A stretch of DNA of 64,000 bases. Source: Candidatus Eiseniibacteriota bacterium (lineage in GTDB: Bacteria > Eisenbacteria > RBG-16-71-46). Shown here one piece after another: positions 31,271 to 42,519 of the stretch. The notes under the pieces were generated by a model that was not told where the DNA came from, ran no database searches, and was given only the letters and a program-made list of their open reading frames with translations. The stretch lies in assembly GCA_963725865.1 (NCBI GenBank), contig CAVSAC010000010.1, forward strand, positions 1,094,922-1,158,921, in the 5' to 3' direction. Numbering within the stretch: the stretch's first letter is position 1; each line of letters opens with the position of its first letter. The position numbers and the translations under genes were made by a program.

Positions 31271-31671
31271 CGCTCGAGTCCGCAGGCGTCGAAGAACGCC
31301 TTCATCGCCGCGGACTCGCCCGGCAGGTCGTGGTGCACGATGTGGGTGACGCGCCCGTCGCGACCGACCGTGAACACCTGCCGGCACTGGTGCACGTGCG
31401 GGCGGCCCTGGTGCTCGACGCGATCGGTGAAGATCACGCCCACGTCGTCGCCGACCGCGGGCTCGACCGCGCTCTCGTACTGGATCGAGTCGAGGTGCGC
31501 GTGCGCCCACTCGGTGGCGGCGCGGTACGACGCCACGATCGCCGCCGGGCCGCGCAGGATCTCGCGGCCGGTGTCGTAAGCGCAGTCGGCGGCCAGCAGC
31601 GGGGCGACGCGGGCGAAGTCATCCCGGTCGAGCGCCGCGGCCAGCGCCCGCACGACCTCGCCCGCGTCCAC
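31267..31671 (-). CDS. SnoaL/NTF2-like domain protein
   Basis: [13 protein letters not shown]...LLAADC.Y......GPAAI, F.V..DGRV..I; ATGA overlap with recX. Confidence 0.7.
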   Translation of the reverse strand: MDAGEVVRALAAALDRDDFARVAPLLAADCAYDTGREILRGPAAIVASYRAATEWAHAHLDSIQYESAVEPAVGDDVGVIFTDRVEHQGRPHVHQCRQVFTVGRDGRVTHIVHHDLPGESAAMKAFFDACGLER

Positions 31672-31673
31672 GA

Positions 31674-32843
<1,170 letters not shown>

Positions 32844-32958
32844 GGTCTGCGTCTCCTTGCAGGGGCTGCGGTTCCTTCGCGGGGTGCCATCGGATCGGGT
32901 GCTGCCGACACACTAGCAAAGGCGTGCCCACGCTCCGACGGCATCGTGCTCAGGGCGC

Positions 32959-32987
32959 ATGGTACACATTTGGGCAGTAGAGTCCAA
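32959..32987 (-). promoter_or_regulatory. recA sigma70 promoter with overlapping candidate LexA box (32963-32976)
   Basis: TTGGAC-N17-TACCAT; imperfect palindrome TGCCC-AAAT-GTGTA overlapping the spacer and -10. Confidence 0.6.
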
Positions 32988-33029
32988 GGGGCTTTTCGGG
33001 CGGCCGCCGTGGCCTCCGGGACCGAATGG

Positions 33030-33063
33030 AACGGCCCGGCGGGAGGCTCCCCGCCGGGCCGTT
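33030..33063 (-). terminator. Hairpin terminator after the secreted protein gene
   Basis: 14-bp stem aacggcccggcggg-N6-cccgccgggccgtt. Confidence 0.6.
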
Positions 33064-33086
33064 GGGCCGCGCTGCCAAGGGCCGCT

Positions 33087-35563
33087 TCAGCGCACGTACG
33101 CCATCCGACGCGCCAGCACCCGCCCCTCCATCTCCAGCCGCACGAAGTAGAGCCCGCTGCCGACCGCCGCCCCGCCCTGGTCGCGGCCGTCCCACGCCAC
33201 GCTTCCGCGCCCCGCCGGCAGCACCCCGTCCAGCAGCGTCCGCACCCGCCGCCCCTGCGCGTCGAACAGCGCGAGCGCCACCCGGCCGGTGCGCGGCAGC
33301 GCGTATTCCAGGCGCGCGTTCGCGCGCGCCGGATTCGGCGCGATCGGCGCCAGCGCCAATTCGGTCGGCGCGGCGTTGTCGACCGCCAGGGTGCCGCTCG
33401 GCACCAGCAGCGAGAACGCGCTCTCGTTGCCGTGGACGTCGATCGCCGAGAGCTTGTAGCACGCGGCCGGCGCGCCGGCGTCGAGGAAGCCGGGGCTGGT
33501 CTTCTGCACCACCAGGTTCGAGGGCCCCGGCACGAACGAGGGCGAGCCACCGCGATAGAGCCGGTAGCCGGCGAGGTCCGCCTCGGCGTTGGCGCTCCAG
33601 AACAGGCTGGTGCCGGTACTCGCGGTCCACGTTCCCGTGAACGGCGCCGGCGCCACCGGCGGCAGGTTGTCCACCGAATACGCACTGTCGGGCGGCGAGG
33701 CCCAGTAGCCGTATCCGTAGCCGACCGCGTCGACCATGAACGTCGTGTAGGGATTGCCCGACCCGATCGAGTCGCCGGTCGTCGCGACCACCAGGCTGTA
33801 GCCGGGATAGCCCGACGCGGTCTGCGTGCCGACCAGCTCCCAGTAGATCGTCTGCCCCGCTTCGATGGTGGTGCGGAAGGTCGGCCGCCCGTCCCCCCCA
33901 CCGCCGGGTCGGCGGCGGGCGCGATCTCACCGGCCGCGGCGCGCGCGGCGGGCGCCGCGGTCGGCTCGTCGAACAGCGTCGCACCGTGCGCCAGCGCCGC
34001 CTGCGCGGCCGCCACGGGCGCCTGCCGCCACACGCGGTATGCGTAGATGCCGTAGGCGGGATCGGCGTCGAGGTAGCTGGCGTTCCACGCCACGCGCACC
34101 TGGCCGCCCTGGTCGTTCTTGACGTCCTTCACGCTCGCCAGCACCGGAGCCGGATCGCCGAGGTAGCCGAACCGCTCGATGCGCTGCGCGTAGATGTCGA
34201 GGTCCACGCTGGCGCGGTTGTCCGACCAGGCCAGCAGGATGCCGTTCGTGCCGTCCGTGCACGCGCCCAAGCCGCCGTAGCTGCCCGTGCTGGTGGTCCA
34301 CGCCCAGTGCGCGCCGCCCCATCCCACTGGAGGCGAGGCGTCGCCCGCGAGCCGCTGAGCCCCGGTGACCAGGGTGAACAACTCGAAGCCGCCGTCGGCG
34401 GCCAACAGTCCCCCGGCTCCATCGCTCACGAGGATCGCCGACGACGAATTCAGGTACAGGCCGGAGCCCCAGCCGGACGGAACGCTCCCCGCGGGCAGGT
34501 AGTGCGTCGCCACCGCCGAGCCGAAGATCCCCCCCGCGTCCGTCCAGCCGAAATACGCGCCGCCCAGGCCATCGGGAATCGGCGGCATCGAGAACTGGTC
34601 GAACACCCCGCTCGCCAGCGGCGAGCCGTTCGACAGGAAACTCAGCGAGGGCACGCCACTCGCCAGCACGTGATGCGCGTAGATGTCCCAATCGGCGCCC
34701 CGATGATCGTTCCACTCGATGTAGGCGCCGGCCGCCCCGTCCGCGGCGAGGAACGGATTGCGCTGATCGCCCGCCGCGTTACACAGGGTCATCGACCAGG
34801 CCAGGGTAGCCGACGCGCCGACCCGCGCGGCGCGGATGTCGTAGCTCCCGAGCGCGTTCGACTCCCACGCCACGATCGCGCCGCCGGCGCCGTCCGCGGT
34901 GATCGCCGGCTGATCCTGGACGCTCAGCGGAGAGTCGAGGTCGATGCCGCCCGGCAGGAATCCGAGCGGGATCGTCCCCGCGGCAGTGATGCGCGTCACG
35001 TACGGGTCGTAGTCGCTCCCGCTGTAGGCCTTGGTCCACGCGACGAACGCGCCGCCGAGTCCGTCAGTGCAGATCTGCGGACCGTACTCGTCACCGGCGC
35101 TGAAGGAGAGGTGCACGCCGTTGGTGGCCCAGCCGGGCGCGAGCGCGCCCGTCGCGGTGTAGCGACTGGCGTAGATGGACGCGTAGCCGGCGCGGTAGTC
35201 GTGCCACGCCACGATGGTGCCGCCGGCGCCGTCGGCGATCATCACCTGGCCGCCCTGATCGCCGGCAAGCGCGCACACCGGCAGGCCGTTGGCCGGCCAG
35301 GCGGGATCGAGCGTACCGGCGCGCGTGATGTGGGTCATGTACAGATCGATGCCCGTGCCCCCGAAGTTGCGCTTGTCCTGCCAGCAGACGAACATGCCGC
35401 CCGCCCCGTCGGCGGCCGCCGTCGGGTCGTACTGGTCGCCCGGCAGGAGACACACCGGCAGGTTCACGTTCTGCACCCGGGGCCATGCAGCGGAGCCGGG
35501 ATGCGGCAGGACGAGGATCAGCAGCAACGGCAGCGCGATTCGTGCGAGCAGCAGGGGACGCAT
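33087..35563 (-). CDS. Secreted repeat protein, paralog of 25012-27432, with T9SS/FlgD-Ig-like tail; frameshifted at a G7 run (33893-33899)
   Basis: Signal peptide; DGxGG..VAW.D.R repeats; DVKNDQGG. Adding one G joins it to IYWELVG...SVDNLPP...PNP...FDAQGRRV...WDGRD...GLYFVRL. Confidence 0.8.
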
Positions 35564-35744
35564 CGGGCACCTCGAGGGGTTGCCGTCGGAAGCCCGGCGG
35601 GTGGGGTGGTCGCGCCCGACGCCCGATGGGCGGGGTGCCGGGCACTCACCCTCCCCAATGCCGAATGGGCGCTCGAGCGCACAGCCGAGCCGCCTCCCAG
35701 GGCAAGCGGCCGCGCCGGCCGCGGTCGGGGTCGCGGTTCGACGT

Positions 35745-36296
35745 TCAGCCGGCCAGCGGCGCGTCGGCGCGCACCGTGTAGCGCGAGCCCTGCGGCGACA
35801 GCTCGCTTTCCACGACCCGGAGCCGGTCGACGCGGAACGCGGTCGCCTCCACCGGCGCCGCCGCCAGTCGCGCGGTCCACTCCGTACCCGGGGTGCGCAC
35901 GCGGCCGAGCGTCAGATGCGGGCTGAAGGGTTTGTCCGCGCGGTCGAAGCCGCGTGCGCGCAGCGCCGACTCGAGCGCGCGCGCGAGGCTCACCAGCGGC
36001 TCGGCGCCCGCGCTCAGGCCGATCCAGATCACCCGCGCACGCCGCGCGTCGGGGAACGCGCCGAGCGCGCCCAGCGCGGCGTCGAAGGCATGTTCGCCCG
36101 CCGCGGCCTCGCCCGCCGCCGCGGCCGCCCGGCGCGCGCCGTCCTCGCCCACCTCGCCGAGGAAGCGCAGCGTGTAGTGGAGGTTCTCGGGGCGGACCCA
36201 CGACACGCCGTCGCCCGGATGGCGCAGCGCCTCGCCCGCGGCGTGCGCGGCGCGCTGCACCGCGACCGGCGGGAACACCGCGAGAAACAGGCGCAT
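35745..36296 (-). CDS. thpR: RNA 2',3'-cyclic phosphodiesterase (2H family)
   Basis: MRLFLA, two HxT motifs (LHYTLRFLG, PHLTLGR); after cinA. Confidence 0.92.
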   Translation of the reverse strand: MRLFLAVFPPVAVQRAAHAAGEALRHPGDGVSWVRPENLHYTLRFLGEVGEDGARRAAAAAGEAAAGEHAFDAALGALGAFPDARRARVIWIGLSAGAEPLVSLARALESALRARGFDRADKPFSPHLTLGRVRTPGTEWTARLAAAPVEATAFRVDRLRVVESELSPQGSRYTVRADAPLAG

Positions 36297-36310
36297 CGAG
36301 CGATCCGCTG

Positions 36311-37579
36311 CTACTTCGCGACCGGCTCGAGCGCCGCGTCGAGCGGCAGGCCGACCAGCGCCCGGCGCACCAGGTCGAGCGCGGTCTGCGCGCTGCGCTC
36401 GCGGATCGTGGCACGCTCGCCCATGAACGAGTATCGGCGCACGCCGCTGCCGCGCGGCGCCGCGATCGCGATGAACACGGTGCCGACCGGCTTCTCCTCG
36501 CTGCCGCCGTCGGGACCCGCCACTCCGGTCACACCCACGCCCACCTCGACTCCGGCCTTGCGGCGCGCGCCTTCGGCCATCTGCTCGGCGACTGGCGCGC
36601 TGACCGCGCCATGCGCCTCGAGGTCGGCGGCGCGCACGCCGAGCAGCTCGAGCTTGGAGGTGTTCGAGTAGGTGACGGCGCCGCGCTCGAACCACTTCGA
36701 GGAGCCGGGCGTGTCGGTGAGCCGCTTGGCGAGCAGTCCGCCGGTGCACGACTCGCCGGCCGCGATGCGATAGCCGAGGCTCACGAGCAGCTCGCCGACC
36801 ACCTCCTCCATCGTGGTCCCGCCCTCGGCGTACAGCACCGGGGCCGCGATCGCCTTGAGCGCCTCGTAGGCCTGCGCGGCGGTGCCCTGCACCTGCTCGG
36901 CGTCGGTGCCCGCGACGGTCACGCGCAGGTCGACGCCGAAGTAGCTCGGCAGGTAGGCCAGCGTCGCCCCCGGCCACTCCTGCGGCAGCGCGCCGATGCG
37001 CTGGTGCAGCATCGACTCGAACACCCCGAACGTGCGCAGCGTGAAGGTCTCGACCACCCGGCCGCTGCGCTTCTGCAGGTAGGGCACGACGTGCTCGGTC
37101 GCGAGCGACTCGAACTCGTACGGCACGCCCGGCAGCAGGAGGACCGGCTTGTGGTCGTGCACGATGCAGAGCCCGGGCGCGGTGCCCAGCCGGTTGGGCC
37201 ACATCTCGGCGCCGCGCGGGATCAGTGCCTGCGCCTCGATCGAGGCCGGCATGCGGCGACCGGTCCGCCGGGCGCGGTCGCGGATGTGCTCGAGCACCTG
37301 CTCGTCGAGCTGCAGCGGGCGGCCGAGCGCCGTCGCGACCGCCTTGCGCGTGAGGTCGTCCGGCGTCGGCCCGAGCCCGCCCGAGAGCACCACCGCATCC
37401 GCCCGCTTGAGCGCGTTGCGCAGCGCCTCGCCGATGCGCTCGGCGGAGTCGCCGACCGTCGCGTGCCATTCCACCTGCACGTTCACGGCCTCGAGCGCAC
37501 GGGCGAGGAAGGCGAAGTTGGTGTCGACGGTGCGGCCCGACAGCACCTCGTTGCCGATGGTGACGATCTCGATGCGCAT
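36311..37579 (-). CDS. cinA: Competence/damage-inducible protein CinA (MoCF + PncC domains)
   Basis: IGNEVLSG, GGLGPTPDDLT, LPGVP.E, GESCTGG, HGAVS, TGVAGPDGG. Confidence 0.94.
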   Translation of the reverse strand: MRIEIVTIGNEVLSGRTVDTNFAFLARALEAVNVQVEWHATVGDSAERIGEALRNALKRADAVVLSGGLGPTPDDLTRKAVATALGRPLQLDEQVLEHIRDRARRTGRRMPASIEAQALIPRGAEMWPNRLGTAPGLCIVHDHKPVLLLPGVPYEFESLATEHVVPYLQKRSGRVVETFTLRTFGVFESMLHQRIGALPQEWPGATLAYLPSYFGVDLRVTVAGTDAEQVQGTAAQAYEALKAIAAPVLYAEGGTTMEEVVGELLVSLGYRIAAGESCTGGLLAKRLTDTPGSSKWFERGAVTYSNTSKLELLGVRAADLEAHGAVSAPVAEQMAEGARRKAGVEVGVGVTGVAGPDGGSEEKPVGTVFIAIAAPRGSGVRRYSFMGERATIRERSAQTALDLVRRALVGLPLDAALEPVAK

Positions 37580-37757
37580 GGGACTCCTGGGCGTGCGGGA
37601 AGGTCGAGCGTCTCGGGGCGCCAATGTGCCACCCACCGCGGACGCACGCAACAGCCGCGGGCGCGCCGTGACGGCGCCGTGAATGCGCGGGCGAGCGGCG
37701 CTGCGGGGCGGCCCGGGGGGCGCTGCGCGCGGCCCGGCGTACCGCCCGCCGCGCCGG

Positions 37758-38897
37758 TCAGGGGCGGAGCAACGCGAGCGCGATCTCGGCGACGATGAGC
37801 ACGATGATCGCGATCTCGAGGATCTCGGCGCGCCGCGTCTGGGACTCGGCGTTCAGCATGCCGTAGGTGTCGCGGATGATCGCGATCTTGCGGTCGATGC
37901 CGCTGCGCCAGGTGCGGCCGCGGAAGATCTCGAGCGCCGCCGCGTAAACCCGCGCGAGGAACACGTCGTCGGTGACCTTCAGCGCGTTCTCGACCCGCTC
38001 GACCAGCTCGATGGCGTCCGCGACCCGGTTCTGCAGCGCCGCGAGCAGCCGGCTGTATCGGCGGCCGAGTCCCTGGAAGCCGCGGCGAGCCTCCTCGATG
38101 CGATCGTGGATGCGTGGCAGCTCGGCCTCCAGCACCGCGTCGTAGAAGCGCAGCTCCAGCAGCTGGGCGTTCGCGAACTCGAGCACGTACTGGACGTCGG
38201 TGTCCTCGATCGCCGGCTCCACGACCAGCGCGCTGTTCCACGTCAGCACCGCGAGGTCGTCCTCGAAGTACGAGAAGCGCTGGGAGAGCAGCTCGCGGCG
38301 GGCAGTGGCCGAGAGCGGCCGCGCCTCGCCCACCAGCAGGCGCTCGACGTCCTCGTCGCCCAGCGCGTCGGCGGTCAGGCGCGCGCCGGCCTCGCCCTCG
38401 AGCCGGTGGACGCGGAACACCACGTAGTCCTCGGTCACCGGCGCCTCGCCCATGCGGTCGACCGCCGGCGCGATGCGCCCGAGCAGCCGCTCGAGCATGC
38501 GTGCGAACAGCGGTTGCCAGCACGGCGCCGCGCCGACGTGCGCGCCGAACGCGGCGAACGTGCTCCACGGCGCACCGGCGGGCGCCGCGACCCGCGCGCG
38601 CAGCGACACCACGCCGAAGTCGAACACGCGCGCCGACAGCTCGACCTCGCGCGACTCCGCGGCCAGCTCGACGCGCTCGGAGCCGAGCGCCACCGTGATG
38701 GGCGGATTCGCGATGCGGATCGCCTGCGCCTGGCCGCGCAGCGGACGCGGGCGCTCGGGTGCGCTCGAGGCGAGCGCGTCGGAGGCGCGGTCGAGATCGA
38801 TCGCGTAGCCCACGTCGTAGAGGCGGTACACGATCGCCTCGCCGTGGACTCTGGGCTCGCTCGCCGGATTGTCGGACATCGTCGGGGTGACGCTCAT
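37758..38897 (-). CDS. RMD1/DUF155-like membrane-anchored protein
   Basis: YRLYDVGYAIDL, EFANAQLLELRFYD, C-terminal TM LEIAIIVLIVAEI. Confidence 0.6.
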   Translation of the reverse strand: MSVTPTMSDNPASEPRVHGEAIVYRLYDVGYAIDLDRASDALASSAPERPRPLRGQAQAIRIANPPITVALGSERVELAAESREVELSARVFDFGVVSLRARVAAPAGAPWSTFAAFGAHVGAAPCWQPLFARMLERLLGRIAPAVDRMGEAPVTEDYVVFRVHRLEGEAGARLTADALGDEDVERLLVGEARPLSATARRELLSQRFSYFEDDLAVLTWNSALVVEPAIEDTDVQYVLEFANAQLLELRFYDAVLEAELPRIHDRIEEARRGFQGLGRRYSRLLAALQNRVADAIELVERVENALKVTDDVFLARVYAAALEIFRGRTWRSGIDRKIAIIRDTYGMLNAESQTRRAEILEIAIIVLIVAEIALALLRP

Positions 38898-38998
38898 GGC
38901 GGCAGCCTAGCGGGTCGGTCGCCCGCACCCAACCCCAGGATCCGAACCGGTGTCCCAGCGCGCCCGTCGGGTGATAGCATCGCCGCCGGAGGCCGTCG

Positions 38999-39205
38999 AT
39001 GCGAGTGTTGTCCGTGTTGCCCGACCTGTCCTCGACGATCGCTCACGACACCGGCGGGGCGTCGTACGGGCTCGACTCGCTCACCGTGGTGCGCCACCCG
39101 GTGGGCGCGGCGCCGGTGCGGCGCGCGCCGGCGCTCGATCCCCGGCTCGGCGGCCGGGACCCGCTCGTGTCCGCGCGGCCGCACCCAGCGGGTTCGCACG
39201 CGTGA
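38999..39205 (+). CDS. Small hypothetical protein (68 aa)
   Basis: GGAGG RBS 6 nt upstream; TGA overlaps the GTG of the next gene. Confidence 0.55.
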   Translation: MRVLSVLPDLSSTIAHDTGGASYGLDSLTVVRHPVGAAPVRRAPALDPRLGGRDPLVSARPHPAGSHA

Positions 39206-40128
39206 GGATCGCGCGGCAGCCGCTGGAACGGATCCCCCCCGAACTGCTCGAGCGCTGGAGCGGTGGTGCGTTCTTCACTTCACCCGGCTTCGCCGACCTG
39301 TGGCGCACGCGCGGCGGGCGCCCGGTGGCGTGGACGCTGGAGGCCGATGGCGCGCTCGCGGCCGTGCTGCCCGGCGTGGAGCGCGGCGCCGGCCCACTCG
39401 CGCGGTTCGCGTCGATGCCCGACGGCTGCTACGGGGGCGTGCTGGTCGATCCGGCGCGTGGCGCCGAGGCGCGCCGCTTCGCCGCCGCGCTGGTCGAGCG
39501 GCTCGCGCGGCGCCGGTACGTCCGCGCGACGGTGTTCGACTTCCACCGCCGCCTCGACGCCATCCCGGGATTCCGGCGCGAGGAGCACGAGACCACGCTG
39601 ATCGACATCACCGATCCGAACTGGGAGCCGCCCGACGCCAAGCTGCGCTCGCAGGCCCGCAAGGCGGAGCGCGAGGGCATCGTCGTCGAGAGCTTCGACT
39701 GGGACCGGCACCACGAAGCGTTCCTGGCGCTCGCGGAAGGCACCGCGCGCCGCCACCATGCCGCGCCCCGCTACGGCCGCGCGTTCTACGCCGCGCTCGC
39801 CGCGCTCGCGCGGCGCGACCGCCGCGTGGTCTGGCGCTGGTGCGCGCTCGACGGCCGCGGCGCGTGCGCGCACATCTACTTCGTCGAGCGCGGCATGCTG
39901 CAGGCGTGGCAGACGTACTTCGACCCCGCGTTCTCGTGGCTCAAGCCGAACCCGTACATCCGCGTGGACACCTGCCGCGCGCAGGCGCGCCTCGGCGTGA
40001 CGCACCTCAACCTCGGTGCCACGCCGCCCTATGCGGTCGGGCTGGCGTACTACAAGCGGCGCTGGGGCGGCGTCGCGGTGCGCTATCCGGTCCATTCGGG
40101 CGGACTGCTGGCCCGCCCGCTGCGCTAG
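39202..40128 (+). CDS. FemAB-like / GNAT (Acetyltransf_6-type) transferase
   Basis: SMPDGCYGG, KLRSQARKAEREG, LNLGAT, GLAYYKRRWG motifs. Confidence 0.75.
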   Translation: MRIARQPLERIPPELLERWSGGAFFTSPGFADLWRTRGGRPVAWTLEADGALAAVLPGVERGAGPLARFASMPDGCYGGVLVDPARGAEARRFAAALVERLARRRYVRATVFDFHRRLDAIPGFRREEHETTLIDITDPNWEPPDAKLRSQARKAEREGIVVESFDWDRHHEAFLALAEGTARRHHAAPRYGRAFYAALAALARRDRRVVWRWCALDGRGACAHIYFVERGMLQAWQTYFDPAFSWLKPNPYIRVDTCRAQARLGVTHLNLGATPPYAVGLAYYKRRWGGVAVRYPVHSGGLLARPLR

Positions 40129-40161
40129 CGTGCGGGACCGGCGCCATGCCGGTCCCGCACG
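40129..40161. terminator. Bidirectional hairpin between convergent genes
   Basis: cgtgcgggaccggc...gccggtcccgcacg inverted repeat. Confidence 0.6.
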
Positions 40162-40171
40162 GTGATGCCGC

Positions 40172-41082
40172 TCAGCTCCCGGTCGCGCGCTCCGGGAACG
40201 GGGTGCGCCGCGGGCGCCGCGGCCGGCGCGACGGGGAGGCCGGCATGAATCTGCGGCTCCGCGTGCGTGCCAGCTCCCCGGTCGCCCGGCGGATCTCCTC
40301 CGGCGCGGTGCCGCACTCGAGGCTCCACGCCTCGAAGCACTCGCGGACCTCGTGCGGGCTCACGCCCAGACGATTCGCCAGGTGCTGCAGCCCCGTGTGC
40401 AGCAGGCGGTGGATCGAGAGCGCGGACAGCGGCCGCAACGCCCGTCCGGCCACGACGAACGCCGCCGGGCGCTCGCCATGACCGCCCTCCTCGAGGTGCG
40501 CCTTCACGACTTCGAGGGTGCGAGGACCGGCCTTCGCGATGCGGATGAGACCGTCGCTCGCGCGCACCGTCAGCCGCCCGTGCGCAGGTCGACGTCGCGC
40601 ACCCGCAGCCGCGCGAGCTCGGCGGCGCCGAGGCCCGCGGCGCCGGTCAACTCCAGCACCGCGTGCTCCCGCCGGCCGGCCGGGCCGCTCTCCCCGAGCA
40701 GCCGCAACGCGACCTCGAAGGCTCGCGTCGGCAGTGCCTGGGGCGCGTGGCGAGCCACGAACCGCATCTCGATCGACTGCGCCGGCGCGTCCGCGAGGAT
40801 TCCGCGTTCGACGCAGAAGCGCTCGAACTGCCGGCACGCCGAGAGCGTGCGCGCGAGACTGACGGCGCTCGCTCCTCCGCGCGCGATGGCGCCGAGCACC
40901 CGCTCGAGACCGGGCGCCGACCACAGCGGTCGGTCCGTCGCCCGCGGCGGATCGTCCAGCAGCCGCAGCACGCGGCGCAGCTCCTTGTCGTAGGCCTCCA
41001 GCGTCAGCGGCGAATACCGGTGGTCCCTCAACACGTCGAGGAACACATCCGCCGCCTGCCGGAGGTCGGTGGTCAGGATCAT
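40172..41082 (-). pseudogene. Degenerate XerC/XerD-like tyrosine recombinase (frameshift near 40580, catalytic residues lost)
   Basis: N-terminal SAM-like core (YSPLTLEAY, SLARTLSACRQF). GLGAAEL replaces GLRxxEL; SPHEVRECF; TGE replaces LGH; no Tyr nucleophile. Confidence 0.7.
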
Positions 41083-41242
41083 GCCGTCTCCTCCGGATCG
41101 CCGCCGCGCGTCGCGACGCCTGCAGGCAGGCATGTGCCGACGACGATGGCGACCCCGTGGGGAGTCCCCTACCTCACGACCAGTTCGATGGGGCGTGGCG
41201 CCGGCCCGCGATGCGGCCCGTGGGGCCGGCGCGAAGGACCAC

Positions 41243-41926
41243 TCATTCGCGGTGCGGAGTGGTCCTCGGGGCGAGGGTGGAGACGGGGAGCGTGGGCGTG
41301 TGGTGCTGCCCCAGCACGACGGCGGCGCGGACGAAGATCCGCTCCGAGGGGGCGAGCAGCGGGGCGCGCGTCTCGGTGCCGGCGATGCGCACGTCGTCGC
41401 CCGCGAGCAGGCGGGGACCGTCATCGGAGAGCGCGGTGGCGCGGCGGGCATGGCGGCCGAGGCGCTCGAGGCCCTCCCACCATTCGTTCTCGTGCACGAG
41501 CCCGAGTTCCGCCGGCCGATCGGCGCGCGCCACGATGCGGAACGCCACCCCCGGCTCGCCATCGGTCTCGCGACCGTCGCGATTGAAGCGCAGGCACAGG
41601 CGCGCGTCGGCGCTCGCCAGGTTGGGGACCACCCACACGAAGCGCGAGCGCCCTCCTTCGAGCTCGGGCGAGACGCGCACCGCGTAGTGGCGGCCGCCGT
41701 CGATCGAGAGCCGCAGCTCGAGCTCCTCGATCTCGCCGGCCGGCGCGTCCCAGCGGATCTCGACGCGCTCGCCGGCGTGCAGCACGTGGTCGGCCGGCAG
41801 CGCCATTCGGGGCACCGCCTCGCCGGCGCGGGCGGTCGCCACCCCGCCCGTCAGGGCGAGCGCGATGCCGACGGCGAGGATGAGGCCCGACAGGGGCCCG
41901 GCAGGCTGCGGGATCCGGCGCGTCAT
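41243..41926 (-). CDS. Secreted hypothetical protein with Ig-like domain
   Basis: Signal peptide ending ATARA; GERVEIRW, LSIDGG, FVWVVP beta-sandwich pattern. Confidence 0.6.
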   Translation of the reverse strand: MTRRIPQPAGPLSGLILAVGIALALTGGVATARAGEAVPRMALPADHVLHAGERVEIRWDAPAGEIEELELRLSIDGGRHYAVRVSPELEGGRSRFVWVVPNLASADARLCLRFNRDGRETDGEPGVAFRIVARADRPAELGLVHENEWWEGLERLGRHARRATALSDDGPRLLAGDDVRIAGTETRAPLLAPSERIFVRAAVVLGQHHTPTLPVSTLAPRTTPHRE

Positions 41927-42024
41927 GGAGTGGAAAGGCTACCAGAGCCCCGGTGCCTCCGCACCGACGATTCCGCCGAACGGCGCCGACGGCCCCGCTC
42001 GCTCCACTCGCGGAGCCGCCGCCG

Positions 42025-42519
42025 CTAGACCACGGCGGCGTGCAGCGCGCCGTGCATGCAGAACACCGCCTGCGGCCGCTTCGCAACCTGCAGGTAGTCC
42101 GCGAAGCGCATGCGGACCACCTCGTGATGCGTGCCGGCCTGGAAGTAGAAGTCGTCGCTCTCGCGGAAGCAGGCATCCAGGTAGAACGGCATCCCGTACA
42201 GGGAGCCGAGCGGCGGCACCGCACCGGGCTCGCAGTCCGGGAACAGCCGCGCCATCTCCGCCTCGCTCGCCAGTCCGAGGTCCTTGCGTCCCGTCACCCG
42301 CTTGAACACCGCGAAGTCGAGGTGCGCCGGGGCCGGCATCACGCACAGGAAGTAGTCGCGCAGCCCCTCGCGCACCACCACCACCTTGGCGAGTCGCTTG
42401 CCCGGGACGTGCGTGACGTGCGCCACGTCCTGAGCGGTGAAGGCCTCGCGATGCGGCAGCACCTCGTACCAGACGCCATGCTCGTCGAGCAGCTTCAGCA
42501 CCCGTTCCTTGCAGTCCAT
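42025..42519 (-). CDS. YbaK/EbsC (aminoacyl-tRNA deacylase) family protein
   Basis: H.EAFTA, LAKVVVV, LASE.E....FPDCEPGAVPPLG, FQAGTH. Confidence 0.88.
   Translation of the reverse strand: MDCKERVLKLLDEHGVWYEVLPHREAFTAQDVAHVTHVPGKRLAKVVVVREGLRDYFLCVMPAPAHLDFAVFKRVTGRKDLGLASEAEMARLFPDCEPGAVPPLGSLYGMPFYLDACFRESDDFYFQAGTHHEVVRMRFADYLQVAKRPQAVFCMHGALHAAVV

Noticed and set aside
32914..32930. Possible sigma54 site TGGGCACGCCTTTGCT upstream of recA
   Set aside because: The GGCAC element is one base out of register with TTGC, and a well-spaced sigma70 promoter explains the region.
37580..37757. Remnant of the pgpA 3' end upstream of cinA, analogous to the recX duplication
   Set aside because: Only patchy GC-rich similarity needing many gaps; not distinguishable from chance.
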